Part shown: positions 9,740-18,173 of the stretch, in pieces
How positions within the stretch are numbered: position 1 is the first letter of the stretch
How the letters are laid out: every line of letters begins with the position of its first letter
Virus record (IMG/VR): IMGVR_UViG_3300034073_004742
Coordinates: 5,074-69,073 of that record
Direction: 5' to 3' (one strand)
DNA length: 64,000 nt
Source: a virus
Program-made: the position numbers and the translations under genes
The notes under the pieces: model-generated
Told to the model about the DNA's origin: nothing
Databases searched by the model: none
What the model saw: the letters and a program-made list of their open reading frames with translations, nothing else

Positions 9740-10313
9740 CTATATATTTTATCCATTCTTTTTGATCTGAATCACTACTATATATAGTAGGAAGTTCTTT
9801 TGCTAGCGGCAAGTATCTTGGCTCATAAAATGGTTTTTTAGGAACATTCAGTAATTTCATATTAGCTTGTTCGGGCGTTTTATTTGATTTTTTCCTATTA
9901 CATTTAACACAAGCGGTTGCTATATTTAGCCAATTAGTAGCATCCTTTTTATTAGGATGAAATTGACTTTTTGGAATAACATGATCATAAGTTAATTCGT
10001 TATGATTAAATCTTAATCCACAATACTGACAAGTATGATCGTCTCTGATAAATAGATTTTTTCTAGAAAATTTTAATGATCTATTATGAATGTTGAAATA
10101 TTTTTGCGTTTTTGCCACTAATGGAACTTTAAATTGTTTATCATTAGTTCCTTGAATATATTTGTCTTTATAATATTCAATAATTTCTATCTTAAAAGTT
10201 GGATTATCCTCATATTTTATAGACCAAATAATAGCTTTTTGCCAACTAATAATTCTTAATGGTGAATAATCAGCATTTAATAATAAACACTTACTATTTT
10301 CTGCCTTGTTCAT
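9726..10313 (-). CDS. HNH endonuclease (McrA-like)
   Basis: RDDHTCQYCG...TYDHVIPKS...NIATACVKCNRKK. Confidence 0.88.
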   Translation of the reverse strand: MNKAENSKCLLLNADYSPLRIISWQKAIIWSIKYEDNPTFKIEIIEYYKDKYIQGTNDKQFKVPLVAKTQKYFNIHNRSLKFSRKNLFIRDDHTCQYCGLRFNHNELTYDHVIPKSQFHPNKKDATNWLNIATACVKCNRKKSNKTPEQANMKLLNVPKKPFYEPRYLPLAKELPTIYSSDSDQKEWIKYIDGYF

Positions 10314-11031
10314 AATTATCTAGTTTTGCTAAAATTTTAGCTATAATAGGATTACGAATGATATCATGATCAGTTAATGTAGCAATACCTATACCATCTA
10401 CATCCGATAAATTTTTTATCATTTCATGAAAACCGCCCTGTAAATGTCTAGCAAGATCTGATTGCGAAACATCTCCAGTTAATACCATTTTACTGTTTTG
10501 ACCAATTCTTGTCAATAGCATTTTTAGTTGTTCATAGGAAGCGTTTTGGCATTCGTCTGCTACTATAAAACAATCATGAAAATTTCTTCCTCTCATAAAT
10601 CCCAAAGGAACAATTTCTATCTTATTATTTAATTTAAGAGTTGCGTTTAATGCTGGACCAATAAAATAATTTATCTCATCTTCTATAGGTAATAGATAAG
10701 GAAATAATTTTTCTTCATATTTGCCTGGAAGGTAACCTATTTTTTCTCCTGCTTCAACAACTGGTCTGGTTATTATGATTTTTTTGATTTTATCTTCTAA
10801 TAAATGTTCTAAGGCTAAGCCAACAGCGCAATGAGTTTTGCCACTACCGGCACTACCTTGACAAAAAGTAATAGTATTTTCTATGATAGATCGTATATAT
10901 TCTTTTTGATTTTCTGTTCTTGGCTTTAATCTATTCCTAGATGATAGTCTTGTATTATCTTGATTAAGGGGCGAATTTGTGAGATCAATGATTTTTTCTT
11001 TTCTAGTGCTACCATTTTTTTTCTTTCTCAA
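10294..11031 (-). CDS. phoH: PhoH-family ATPase
   Basis: QGSAGSGKT, ITRPVVEAGEKIGYLPG, FMRGRNF, ADECQN, LTGDVSQSD; TTG start. Confidence 0.95.
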   Translation of the reverse strand: MRKKKNGSTRKEKIIDLTNSPLNQDNTRLSSRNRLKPRTENQKEYIRSIIENTITFCQGSAGSGKTHCAVGLALEHLLEDKIKKIIITRPVVEAGEKIGYLPGKYEEKLFPYLLPIEDEINYFIGPALNATLKLNNKIEIVPLGFMRGRNFHDCFIVADECQNASYEQLKMLLTRIGQNSKMVLTGDVSQSDLARHLQGGFHEMIKNLSDVDGIGIATLTDHDIIRNPIIAKILAKLDNYEQGRK

Positions 11032-11074
11032 GTTATGCCCTTTATAATAAGTTATATATTAATAACGACATATT

Positions 11075-11085
11075 AATATACACCA
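11075..11085 (-). promoter_or_regulatory. Recurrent promoter-like motif TGGTGTATATT
   Basis: 44 nt upstream of phoH. Confidence 0.6.
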
Positions 11086-11089
11086 TATA

Positions 11090-11455
11090 TCATATTACAA
11101 ACGACTTAAGATCAGGAGCTTTCCATCCTTCTGGTTTTAGTACTTTGCCGTCTTCTCTCTTTTTTACTTTTCCTGTAACAGGATCCACTTTAGCAAAATT
11201 CGTTTTCATCACCTCGTCCCATGCTCCTTGGGCATTACTACCAGTGCTATTTATAGCACCTGCCGTAACCACAATAATATCTATTAAGGCATCTAGTATT
11301 TCTACTCTATCTATATTGTTGATAGCCTCCTGAAGCTCCGACACTTCTTCTTTTATAAGAGTGTGATACATATCAAATTGAGATTGATTCCACTCGCATA
11401 CTGTTTGATCACAGGCTACCATAAACTTGGTTTGGTCTTCAAACACATTACCCAT
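11090..11455 (-). CDS. MazG-like all-alpha NTP pyrophosphohydrolase
   Basis: LIKEEVSEL, EILDALIDIIVV, EVMKTNFAK, KREDGKVLKPEGW. Confidence 0.8.
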   Translation of the reverse strand: MGNVFEDQTKFMVACDQTVCEWNQSQFDMYHTLIKEEVSELQEAINNIDRVEILDALIDIIVVTAGAINSTGSNAQGAWDEVMKTNFAKVDPVTGKVKKREDGKVLKPEGWKAPDLKSFVI

Positions 11456-11473
11456 AATTTAATATCCTTTATA

Positions 11474-13126
11474 TTAAGATTCACAGTTTGTACAAGCTAA
11501 AATATTACGTGCTAATTCTTGTGCTGGATTAGCACTTCGTTGATAATAAAAGGTTTTGATTCCTAATTTCCATCCTTCTATGAGAAGATCGCTTACTTGT
11601 TTTGGCGGTATGTCTGGTCCAATCATTAAATTCAAAGATTGAGACTGATCTATATGTTTCTGTCTTTGAGATGCTTGAATAATAATTTCTTTCTGACTAA
11701 TTTCACCAAATGTTTTAAATACTTCTTTTTCATTATCAGATAAGAACTTTAGATGTTGAACAGAGCCTCCTTTAACCAAGATACTCTTCCAAACTGTTTC
11801 ATCGTTTTTATTATATTTTTTGAGAATTTCTTTTAGATGAGGGTTCTTATATGTGAATTTTCCTTTTGCTAAATTCTTAACAAAATAATTACTATTCAAT
11901 GGTTCTATGCTAGGACTTACTTGCCCCAATATAAAACTACTACTAGTTGTAGGAGCAATGGCTAATGTTGTGACGTTTCTACGACCATATCCTTCGAGGA
12001 TAGGAGCTTCTCCGAATTTTTCTGCTAATTCTCTTGATGCTTTGTCTGATCGTTCTCTAATAGTTTGCCATATATTAGCATTAATTAGTTTAGCTTGCAT
12101 ACTTTCAAAACTTATCATTTTGCTTTGAAGATACGAATGCCATCCCAATACTCCCATGCCTAATGCTCTATGATTTAGAGCAAAGTTTCTGGCGCTCTTC
12201 ATAAAACGAATATTTTCTGTTTTGTTTACAAACTCTTGATTAACACTGTCTAAGAAATATATAAGAGTTTCTATTGCATCTGTTTGTATTATTTCGTCCC
12301 AATGAAGCAGATTAAGAGAGCTTAGAACACAAACAAAACTATTATTTTCGTCTGATGCTAAACTAATTTCTGAACATAGATTACTACTATTTATTTTTAT
12401 ATTCTTGTCTTTATAAGCTTGTGGGGCGTTATTATTTACAGTATCATAAAAGAATATGTATGGATATCCACTTTCAAATCGTTTTTGAATAATTTTAGCC
12501 CAAATTTTTCTTTTATGTTTGTCTCCTTCAACCATGCTATTCATCCATTCATCAGTAATGGTAACGCCAATACTCATATTTTGAATAGGATGGCCTTCAT
12601 TACGAATTTGTAAAAACTCTTCTATATCAGGATGTTCTACGGGTAAATATGCTGCAAAACTTCCTCTTCGTGCTGATCCTTGACTAATCACATCTGCTAC
12701 TTTATCAAACAACTCCATAAAGTGAACAGGGCCGCTACTTTCTCCACCAACACTAATACTTGCGCCTCGTGATCTTAATTCACCAAAATAACCACTAGTG
12801 CCACCCCCTAATTTGCTCATCATACCAACTTCGGCCACTTTATAAAGAATACTATCCATCCTATCGCTAATGTGAGAATTAAAGCAACTAACTGGTAATC
12901 CTCGGGAGTTGCCGTAATTGGTCCAAACGGGAGTGGATAATGAGTAATATCCTAAACTCATATAACGTTCAAATTTTTCTGCAAAACCCGGGATGTTTAA
13001 TAGTCTCTCAGAGTTTTGCGATATGCTTTTTATTCTATCTTCTGGAGAAACGCCTTGTTCAAGGTATCCTCTTTCTAAGAATAAGCGACTATGCGAATTA
13101 AGCCAATAGTACGGTTGCGTTGTCAT
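11474..13126 (-). CDS. nrdA: Ribonucleotide reductase class Ia alpha subunit (no ATP cone)
   Basis: PVSCF, SSNLCSEI, VCVLSSLN, IAPTTSSS, KTFYYQR, C-terminal CTNC. Confidence 0.95.
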   Translation of the reverse strand: MTTQPYYWLNSHSRLFLERGYLEQGVSPEDRIKSISQNSERLLNIPGFAEKFERYMSLGYYSLSTPVWTNYGNSRGLPVSCFNSHISDRMDSILYKVAEVGMMSKLGGGTSGYFGELRSRGASISVGGESSGPVHFMELFDKVADVISQGSARRGSFAAYLPVEHPDIEEFLQIRNEGHPIQNMSIGVTITDEWMNSMVEGDKHKRKIWAKIIQKRFESGYPYIFFYDTVNNNAPQAYKDKNIKINSSNLCSEISLASDENNSFVCVLSSLNLLHWDEIIQTDAIETLIYFLDSVNQEFVNKTENIRFMKSARNFALNHRALGMGVLGWHSYLQSKMISFESMQAKLINANIWQTIRERSDKASRELAEKFGEAPILEGYGRRNVTTLAIAPTTSSSFILGQVSPSIEPLNSNYFVKNLAKGKFTYKNPHLKEILKKYNKNDETVWKSILVKGGSVQHLKFLSDNEKEVFKTFGEISQKEIIIQASQRQKHIDQSQSLNLMIGPDIPPKQVSDLLIEGWKLGIKTFYYQRSANPAQELARNILACTNCES

Positions 13127-13154
13127 TTAAAGTCCTATAAACCATTAATAATGA

Positions 13155-14126
13155 TTAAAACAAAGCCTCTATATCAAACGATAGGGCTTTCTTAGAGTAT
13201 TCTACGGGGCGAGAATGAAAGAAATCGGTCATATTGTTACCAAGAATTTGTTCATCAAACCACAGTGTTTTTGATAACAATTTTTGATCAATATCGAATA
13301 CCGGTTCGTATCCTATTTGATCTAATGATTCGTTTAGTCTGTTTTTAATAAATTCTTTAAGAAGATCGGAGTTTAAGTTTTCTTCTGCATAGCCATTAAC
13401 AATCCAGTCAATTATTTCACATTCGTATCTAACTGATTCTTTAGACTCGTGAATAATCTTATCTTCTAGTTCTTTATCGAACAGTTCTGGATATTCTTGT
13501 TTGATGGTATTGATTATTTTAATACCTATCATAGCATGAAGATTCTCTTCTCTGCTAGTATATTCAACTTGTTTATTTGTGTCTTTAAGCAAATTCAAGA
13601 ATCTGCCAAAATAACTAATAGTATAAAATTGAGAAAATAATGCTATGTTCTCAACAAATAGAGTAAATAGAATAAGAGAATAAATAAATTGTTTCTTATT
13701 GTCTTGATGAAATTTGTGCAAATGCTTACGAAGGTAATTTACTCTGCCTTTAATAATATCTAATTCTAGAATTTTTTCAAAGTTATCATCTATACCCAAA
13801 ACCTCCAAAAGTCTTTCGTAGGCATCTCCATGAATAACTTCCACATGAGCCATTGTGTAGCCTAAATCATTAAGAGAAGGATGAGGTAAATTATCACCAA
13901 GTTTGGCCCAAAATTTCTTTACACTAATTTCTAATTGACCAATGGTGGATAATGCTCTAATAATAATCTGTTTTTGTTGTTCTGTTAAATTTACTCTAAA
14001 ATCTTGAACATCGCTACTAAAATTAAATTCGCGATGAGTCCAGAACCCATTATGCATAGCTTCTATAAAGTCTTGGGTCCAAGGATAATTGTCGGGTTTT
14101 CTGGAAATTTGTTCGTCGAATATCAT
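13155..14126 (-). CDS. nrdB: Ribonucleotide reductase class Ia beta subunit
   Basis: FWTHRE, EVIHGDAY, FVENIALFSQF, REENLH. Confidence 0.95.
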   Translation of the reverse strand: MIFDEQISRKPDNYPWTQDFIEAMHNGFWTHREFNFSSDVQDFRVNLTEQQKQIIIRALSTIGQLEISVKKFWAKLGDNLPHPSLNDLGYTMAHVEVIHGDAYERLLEVLGIDDNFEKILELDIIKGRVNYLRKHLHKFHQDNKKQFIYSLILFTLFVENIALFSQFYTISYFGRFLNLLKDTNKQVEYTSREENLHAMIGIKIINTIKQEYPELFDKELEDKIIHESKESVRYECEIIDWIVNGYAEENLNSDLLKEFIKNRLNESLDQIGYEPVFDIDQKLLSKTLWFDEQILGNNMTDFFHSRPVEYSKKALSFDIEALF

Positions 14127-14272
14127 AATGGTTTTCTTTCTTTTTTTACTAAAATAGCAGCTAAACCTAATATTGTTAAAGTTGTAAATTCTTTGCCAAT
14201 AGGATTAAAGTTTTCTACTAGATATAGTTGTACGAAGTATATGATAGATAAAATATAAAATAGGGTAACCAT
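14123..14272 (-). CDS. Small membrane protein, 49 aa (not in ORF track)
   Basis: MVTLFYILSIIYFVQLYLVENFNPIGKEFTTLTILGLAAILVKKERKPL; TGATG overlap with the dCMP deaminase stop and ATGA overlap with the nrdB start. Confidence 0.65.
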   Translation of the reverse strand: MVTLFYILSIIYFVQLYLVENFNPIGKEFTTLTILGLAAILVKKERKPL

Positions 14273-14754
14273 CATATTACACCATTCAATTGTCTCAGCC
14301 ACTCAAGATTTGGATCTATATAAGAAATTTTCATACCGCTCATTTCAACGAACATATCGAATCTATTTTTTGCATCATTATCAAATAAAATTGTGCCATG
14401 ATCGTCTATCATATAAACTGTATCTATGCCCTCTTGGTGTAGAGCTATTATGCAATCATTACAGCATTGACCAGTAACATAAGCTGTGCCACCATCCGGC
14501 CTAACAACACAATTAGCGAGAGCATTTTTTTCGCTGTGTACCATCCAATGGTATTTTTCAGGTCTTGTTAGAGGCAATTGGCTATCATCCAACCCTTTGG
14601 GAAATCCATTGTATCCTACCCCGAGAATACGATTTTGTTTATCGGTTATGACACATCCGTGCTGGGTATGAATATCGTGGCTTCTTTGAGAAACCACTTT
14701 GGCTAACCCAAGAAAATAATCGGTCCATGACGGTCTGTTTTTTGATTGTATCAT
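14272..14754 (-). CDS. dCMP deaminase
   Basis: QHGCVI...GYNGFP, HSEKNAL, GQCCNDC. Confidence 0.9.
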   Translation of the reverse strand: MIQSKNRPSWTDYFLGLAKVVSQRSHDIHTQHGCVITDKQNRILGVGYNGFPKGLDDSQLPLTRPEKYHWMVHSEKNALANCVVRPDGGTAYVTGQCCNDCIIALHQEGIDTVYMIDDHGTILFDNDAKNRFDMFVEMSGMKISYIDPNLEWLRQLNGVI

Positions 14755-15710
14755 TCATGTATTATACTGTCATTCCTGATCGTGTCAACCCGTTTTTGTA
14801 TGATCGTGGCTTTGTCAACAAACTCATATTTTTGAATAGGATTTGGTAGCATATGATGCCATTTGATTGTGAAATTTGATTCTGATTCATCTAATATGTG
14901 GCCATAAACATTAAGATCTTCTTGTAAATAACAGTCATTATTATATAGTTTTACCATATGAAAATAATTATTTGGAGCTTTAGTGTTTAAAATTTTTATA
15001 CATTGTAGTTGAGGATAATAAAAATTAAGATGATTATATGGAATAATATAACCAAATATTCTTTCCAAAGAATGAGAATACGTTCCCAGCATTGATTCAT
15101 TTACTTTTTTAGTCTCTTGAGATAATAATTTCTGAAGTAAATGGTTGTAGGGTAGAAAATGCTGTTTAAATAACTCTGTTTTGCTCATAAACATATTACC
15201 ACCAAAAAAAGAATATTGATATATGTTAGAATATTGAATATTTAATATGTCACACAAATATAAAATTTTTTGATTATGATATAGTTCATTATTGCTAGAT
15301 AGTAAAAATTTATTACCAATAGCGCCACAGTTGCTATGATGTATTGTTTTATAGTTGTTATTAAAAATATCATTATCACCAAAAAAATCGTGTAATAAAA
15401 TGTGTCTCCAAGCAATTTGATTGTATTGTCCTAATAAGCTTTTTTTACTATGTAGTTTTATAAAATATGGTTCTTTAATTAATTCTAAAATATTGAGAAA
15501 AGGAGCAACATCTGCTCCATAATTATCACAAAATAAAATTGTTGTATCAAAATTTTTTTCTGCATTTTTTATAATATGTTTTTGAGATCCGTTATCGTTA
15601 TACAAACAGAGGTAGAGATGGATATGATCCTTAAAAGGAGATAATATCTGTAAAAAATTGTTCCATAAATCTAAATAATACAAAGATAAACTAATAGCTA
15701 ATTTATTCAT
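14751..15710 (-). CDS. RgpF-like (rhamnan synthesis F) glycosyltransferase
   Basis: NYGADVAPFL, FIKLHSKKS, FFGGNMF, SHSLERIFG; start taken at MNKLAI. Confidence 0.8.
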   Translation of the reverse strand: MNKLAISLSLYYLDLWNNFLQILSPFKDHIHLYLCLYNDNGSQKHIIKNAEKNFDTTILFCDNYGADVAPFLNILELIKEPYFIKLHSKKSLLGQYNQIAWRHILLHDFFGDNDIFNNNYKTIHHSNCGAIGNKFLLSSNNELYHNQKILYLCDILNIQYSNIYQYSFFGGNMFMSKTELFKQHFLPYNHLLQKLLSQETKKVNESMLGTYSHSLERIFGYIIPYNHLNFYYPQLQCIKILNTKAPNNYFHMVKLYNNDCYLQEDLNVYGHILDESESNFTIKWHHMLPNPIQKYEFVDKATIIQKRVDTIRNDSIIHE

Positions 15711-16395
15711 CTTGTATATTAGGATAAAAGTTTTGTAGCAAAAGAATTTCAAATTGAAGTAAGGATTTAAGATTTTGTAAAACTTTTTTGGATATATTTG
15801 CGTTATAATTATTAGTATTTACTCTTGATTCTTCCAAAATAAGACCGAATGGATTGTTATGATTCAATTCTGTAATTGATTCATTCATATAATCTGATTT
15901 TATAATAAAATTATATTTTGATAATTCTTCTATAGCGATATTATATTTTGTTTCTATATCTAAGTTTAGATGGCCATATTTAAAATATGTTAAGTAATCT
16001 ATGGTTATGTTACCGTATTCTTTAGTTTTTTCTTTTAGTATATTGTATGAACAGTATTCTGGATTTAATTTATCAAAAAAATACATATGGCTAATAAATC
16101 TTAATATAGGATGTCTAATACTAATAATCCTGAATGTTGAAGAAATATCTAAATTAAAAGTTTTTTCAAAAAAATATGCATAACTATGATCAGCAAATAA
16201 TTTTGTGTCATTATGAATAATGGGTATATATTGGTTATCTTTTTGTAAACATATATTATTGTGTGTAAATTCTGATATATATATTGGGGTTTGTGAGAAA
16301 TATGGGTTGGATAAACAAGCTTTATATAAGGATGTTTTAAAGCTACTTCCTCCACACTTTGGGATATGATTAAAAATTATTTTAGAAAATTTCAT
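15703..16395 (-). CDS. Sulfotransferase-family protein
   Basis: FNHIPKCGGSSF 5'-PSB-like motif and IRHPILRFIS 3'-PB-like motif. Confidence 0.75.
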   Translation of the reverse strand: MKFSKIIFNHIPKCGGSSFKTSLYKACLSNPYFSQTPIYISEFTHNNICLQKDNQYIPIIHNDTKLFADHSYAYFFEKTFNLDISSTFRIISIRHPILRFISHMYFFDKLNPEYCSYNILKEKTKEYGNITIDYLTYFKYGHLNLDIETKYNIAIEELSKYNFIIKSDYMNESITELNHNNPFGLILEESRVNTNNYNANISKKVLQNLKSLLQFEILLLQNFYPNIQDE

Positions 16396-17057
16396 AATAA
16401 ATACCCCATAGCGTTTTCTATTTTTATATCTAAATTTGATTTTATAATATCATATATTTCTTTTTTAATTTCATATTCTTGTTTTAAAAAATTATTTTTA
16501 ATATCTGTATATGGTTCAATATTTAATTTACTAGATATTATGTCTTGAATTTGTGATATATTGTTGCACAAGTCTTCGTATCTTATAAAGATATAATTTT
16601 GTGCAATTTTTGGAAGTTTATAAAGTAAATAATTATATTTTATATTTCTCATTTCAAAAATATTTTTATATCTATCTAAAGTATATATATTTCTTTCAAA
16701 AATAATTTCTTTTTCTAAACAAAGATTTCCATTTTCTGTTTCATATGAATATATGGGGTTTAATAAAAAATCTGTAATATTATTTTCAGTTTTCATATGA
16801 TATGGTTGTTTAAACATCGCGTGAATCCATTGAAATGGATCTCTAGTTATGCATATAAATAATGTGTTTTTCCCGCTAAGTATTATTTCTTTATTATGAA
16901 AACCAAAAAAATGTTTCCAGCCAAAAAAATATGTAACTGGTATATTATAATAATCAATAATAAGAGATTCTAAAAATTTTGTTCCGCAGTGTCTTTCTGC
17001 ATAAATAGTAAAATTATTTATTTGTGTATTCATATAATTTTTTATATGCGTAATCAT
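16392..17057 (-). CDS. Sulfotransferase-like protein
   Basis: AERHCGTKFL, GWKH, ITRDPFQWIHAM, IRYEDL. Confidence 0.65.
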   Translation of the reverse strand: MITHIKNYMNTQINNFTIYAERHCGTKFLESLIIDYYNIPVTYFFGWKHFFGFHNKEIILSGKNTLFICITRDPFQWIHAMFKQPYHMKTENNITDFLLNPIYSYETENGNLCLEKEIIFERNIYTLDRYKNIFEMRNIKYNYLLYKLPKIAQNYIFIRYEDLCNNISQIQDIISSKLNIEPYTDIKNNFLKQEYEIKKEIYDIIKSNLDIKIENAMGYLL

Positions 17058-17814
17058 GCATTTCTTGACTATGATAATAATTATTTATTATTTTATCTTT
17101 TATTTTGTATGGTAAACCGTCTGCACACACACATTCTACATAATTAGAACATAAATTACTCATAGATTTTATCATATCTCTATTTATAAAATGTGGAAAT
17201 CCACCCCAGTAACTTTTTATATCTGTATATAGTTCTTCATATTCCGGAGCTCTTGTAGATAAATACAATAAAATTTTATTAGTTTTTATGTTGTTAAATA
17301 ATATCTTCATTTCATTTAAATAATTTATTCTATTTTGTATTTTAATATTTTCAGCTAAATTTTTATCTTTTAATATTTCTTTATATATAGTTTCTGCCAT
17401 TTGAAATATAGAGTCAGAATTTTTATATCTAACCTGACCTTGATTTTTTCCTAACTCAAGTAAATCATTGTATATAGATCTACCAGAAAATATCTCAATT
17501 ATACAAAACTCTGCTTTATTTATAAAATCAAATATATGTTTATATTGATTAAAATATGATGGACCAGCGCCAGAAACTCCTAAATTAAATCCATTTATAC
17601 CAATAGTTTCTGATAACTGTTGAGTATATGGTCTTTGGCAATATCTACCAAATGTTCCAGCGGCACCTATTGACACAAAATATTTTTTATTAATATCAAT
17701 TGGTTTTGGTCCTCTAATGGCCCAATTTATTTTATCAAGCGTCCAAACTTGGTAATCTATAATATCTTTATCTTCTAGTTGATATCCTATATTGTGATTA
17801 ATTATATTATTCAT
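17014..17814 (-). CDS. DUF6473-like protein (SGNH-like, glycan-cluster associated)
   Basis: IGAAGTFGRYC..PY..L...NLGVSGAGPSYF. Confidence 0.55.
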   Translation of the reverse strand: MNNIINHNIGYQLEDKDIIDYQVWTLDKINWAIRGPKPIDINKKYFVSIGAAGTFGRYCQRPYTQQLSETIGINGFNLGVSGAGPSYFNQYKHIFDFINKAEFCIIEIFSGRSIYNDLLELGKNQGQVRYKNSDSIFQMAETIYKEILKDKNLAENIKIQNRINYLNEMKILFNNIKTNKILLYLSTRAPEYEELYTDIKSYWGGFPHFINRDMIKSMSNLCSNYVECVCADGLPYKIKDKIINNYYHSQEMHDYAYKKLYEYTNK

Positions 17815-17829
17815 AGAATAAATTCTTTA

Positions 17830-18159
17830 TTATAGTAGATATTGATAAATATAATCACTATGTTGAAAACACAAGTCTACTGTTTTTTTACACCCGACAT
17901 AAGGACCAACATTATTTTTTTCATAATATTTTATAATTTTTTTAAATTTATCAGAAGTGTAATTTTTGATGTAATTTATAAGATTCTTATTTTTTTCTAT
18001 CCAGTCGGGTCTATTGTAGAGTAAATTATCTGAAGAATCTACAAATAGAACTAATGTGTATTTATTAGCCCCATAGCATTGTTCCAATTTCCCTAACACT
18101 AATTGAAGTATTTCGAGTTTAACAAAACATTGTATTCCTATAACAAAATTATTTTTCAT
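17830..18159 (-). pseudogene. Truncated GT-A glycosyltransferase (N-terminal stub)
   Basis: LQLVLG...YTLVLFVD...CFQHSDYI resembles the last domain of the 978-aa neighbour but stops just before the expected EDD motif. Confidence 0.5.
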
Positions 18160-18173
18160 TGATTATAAACTTT

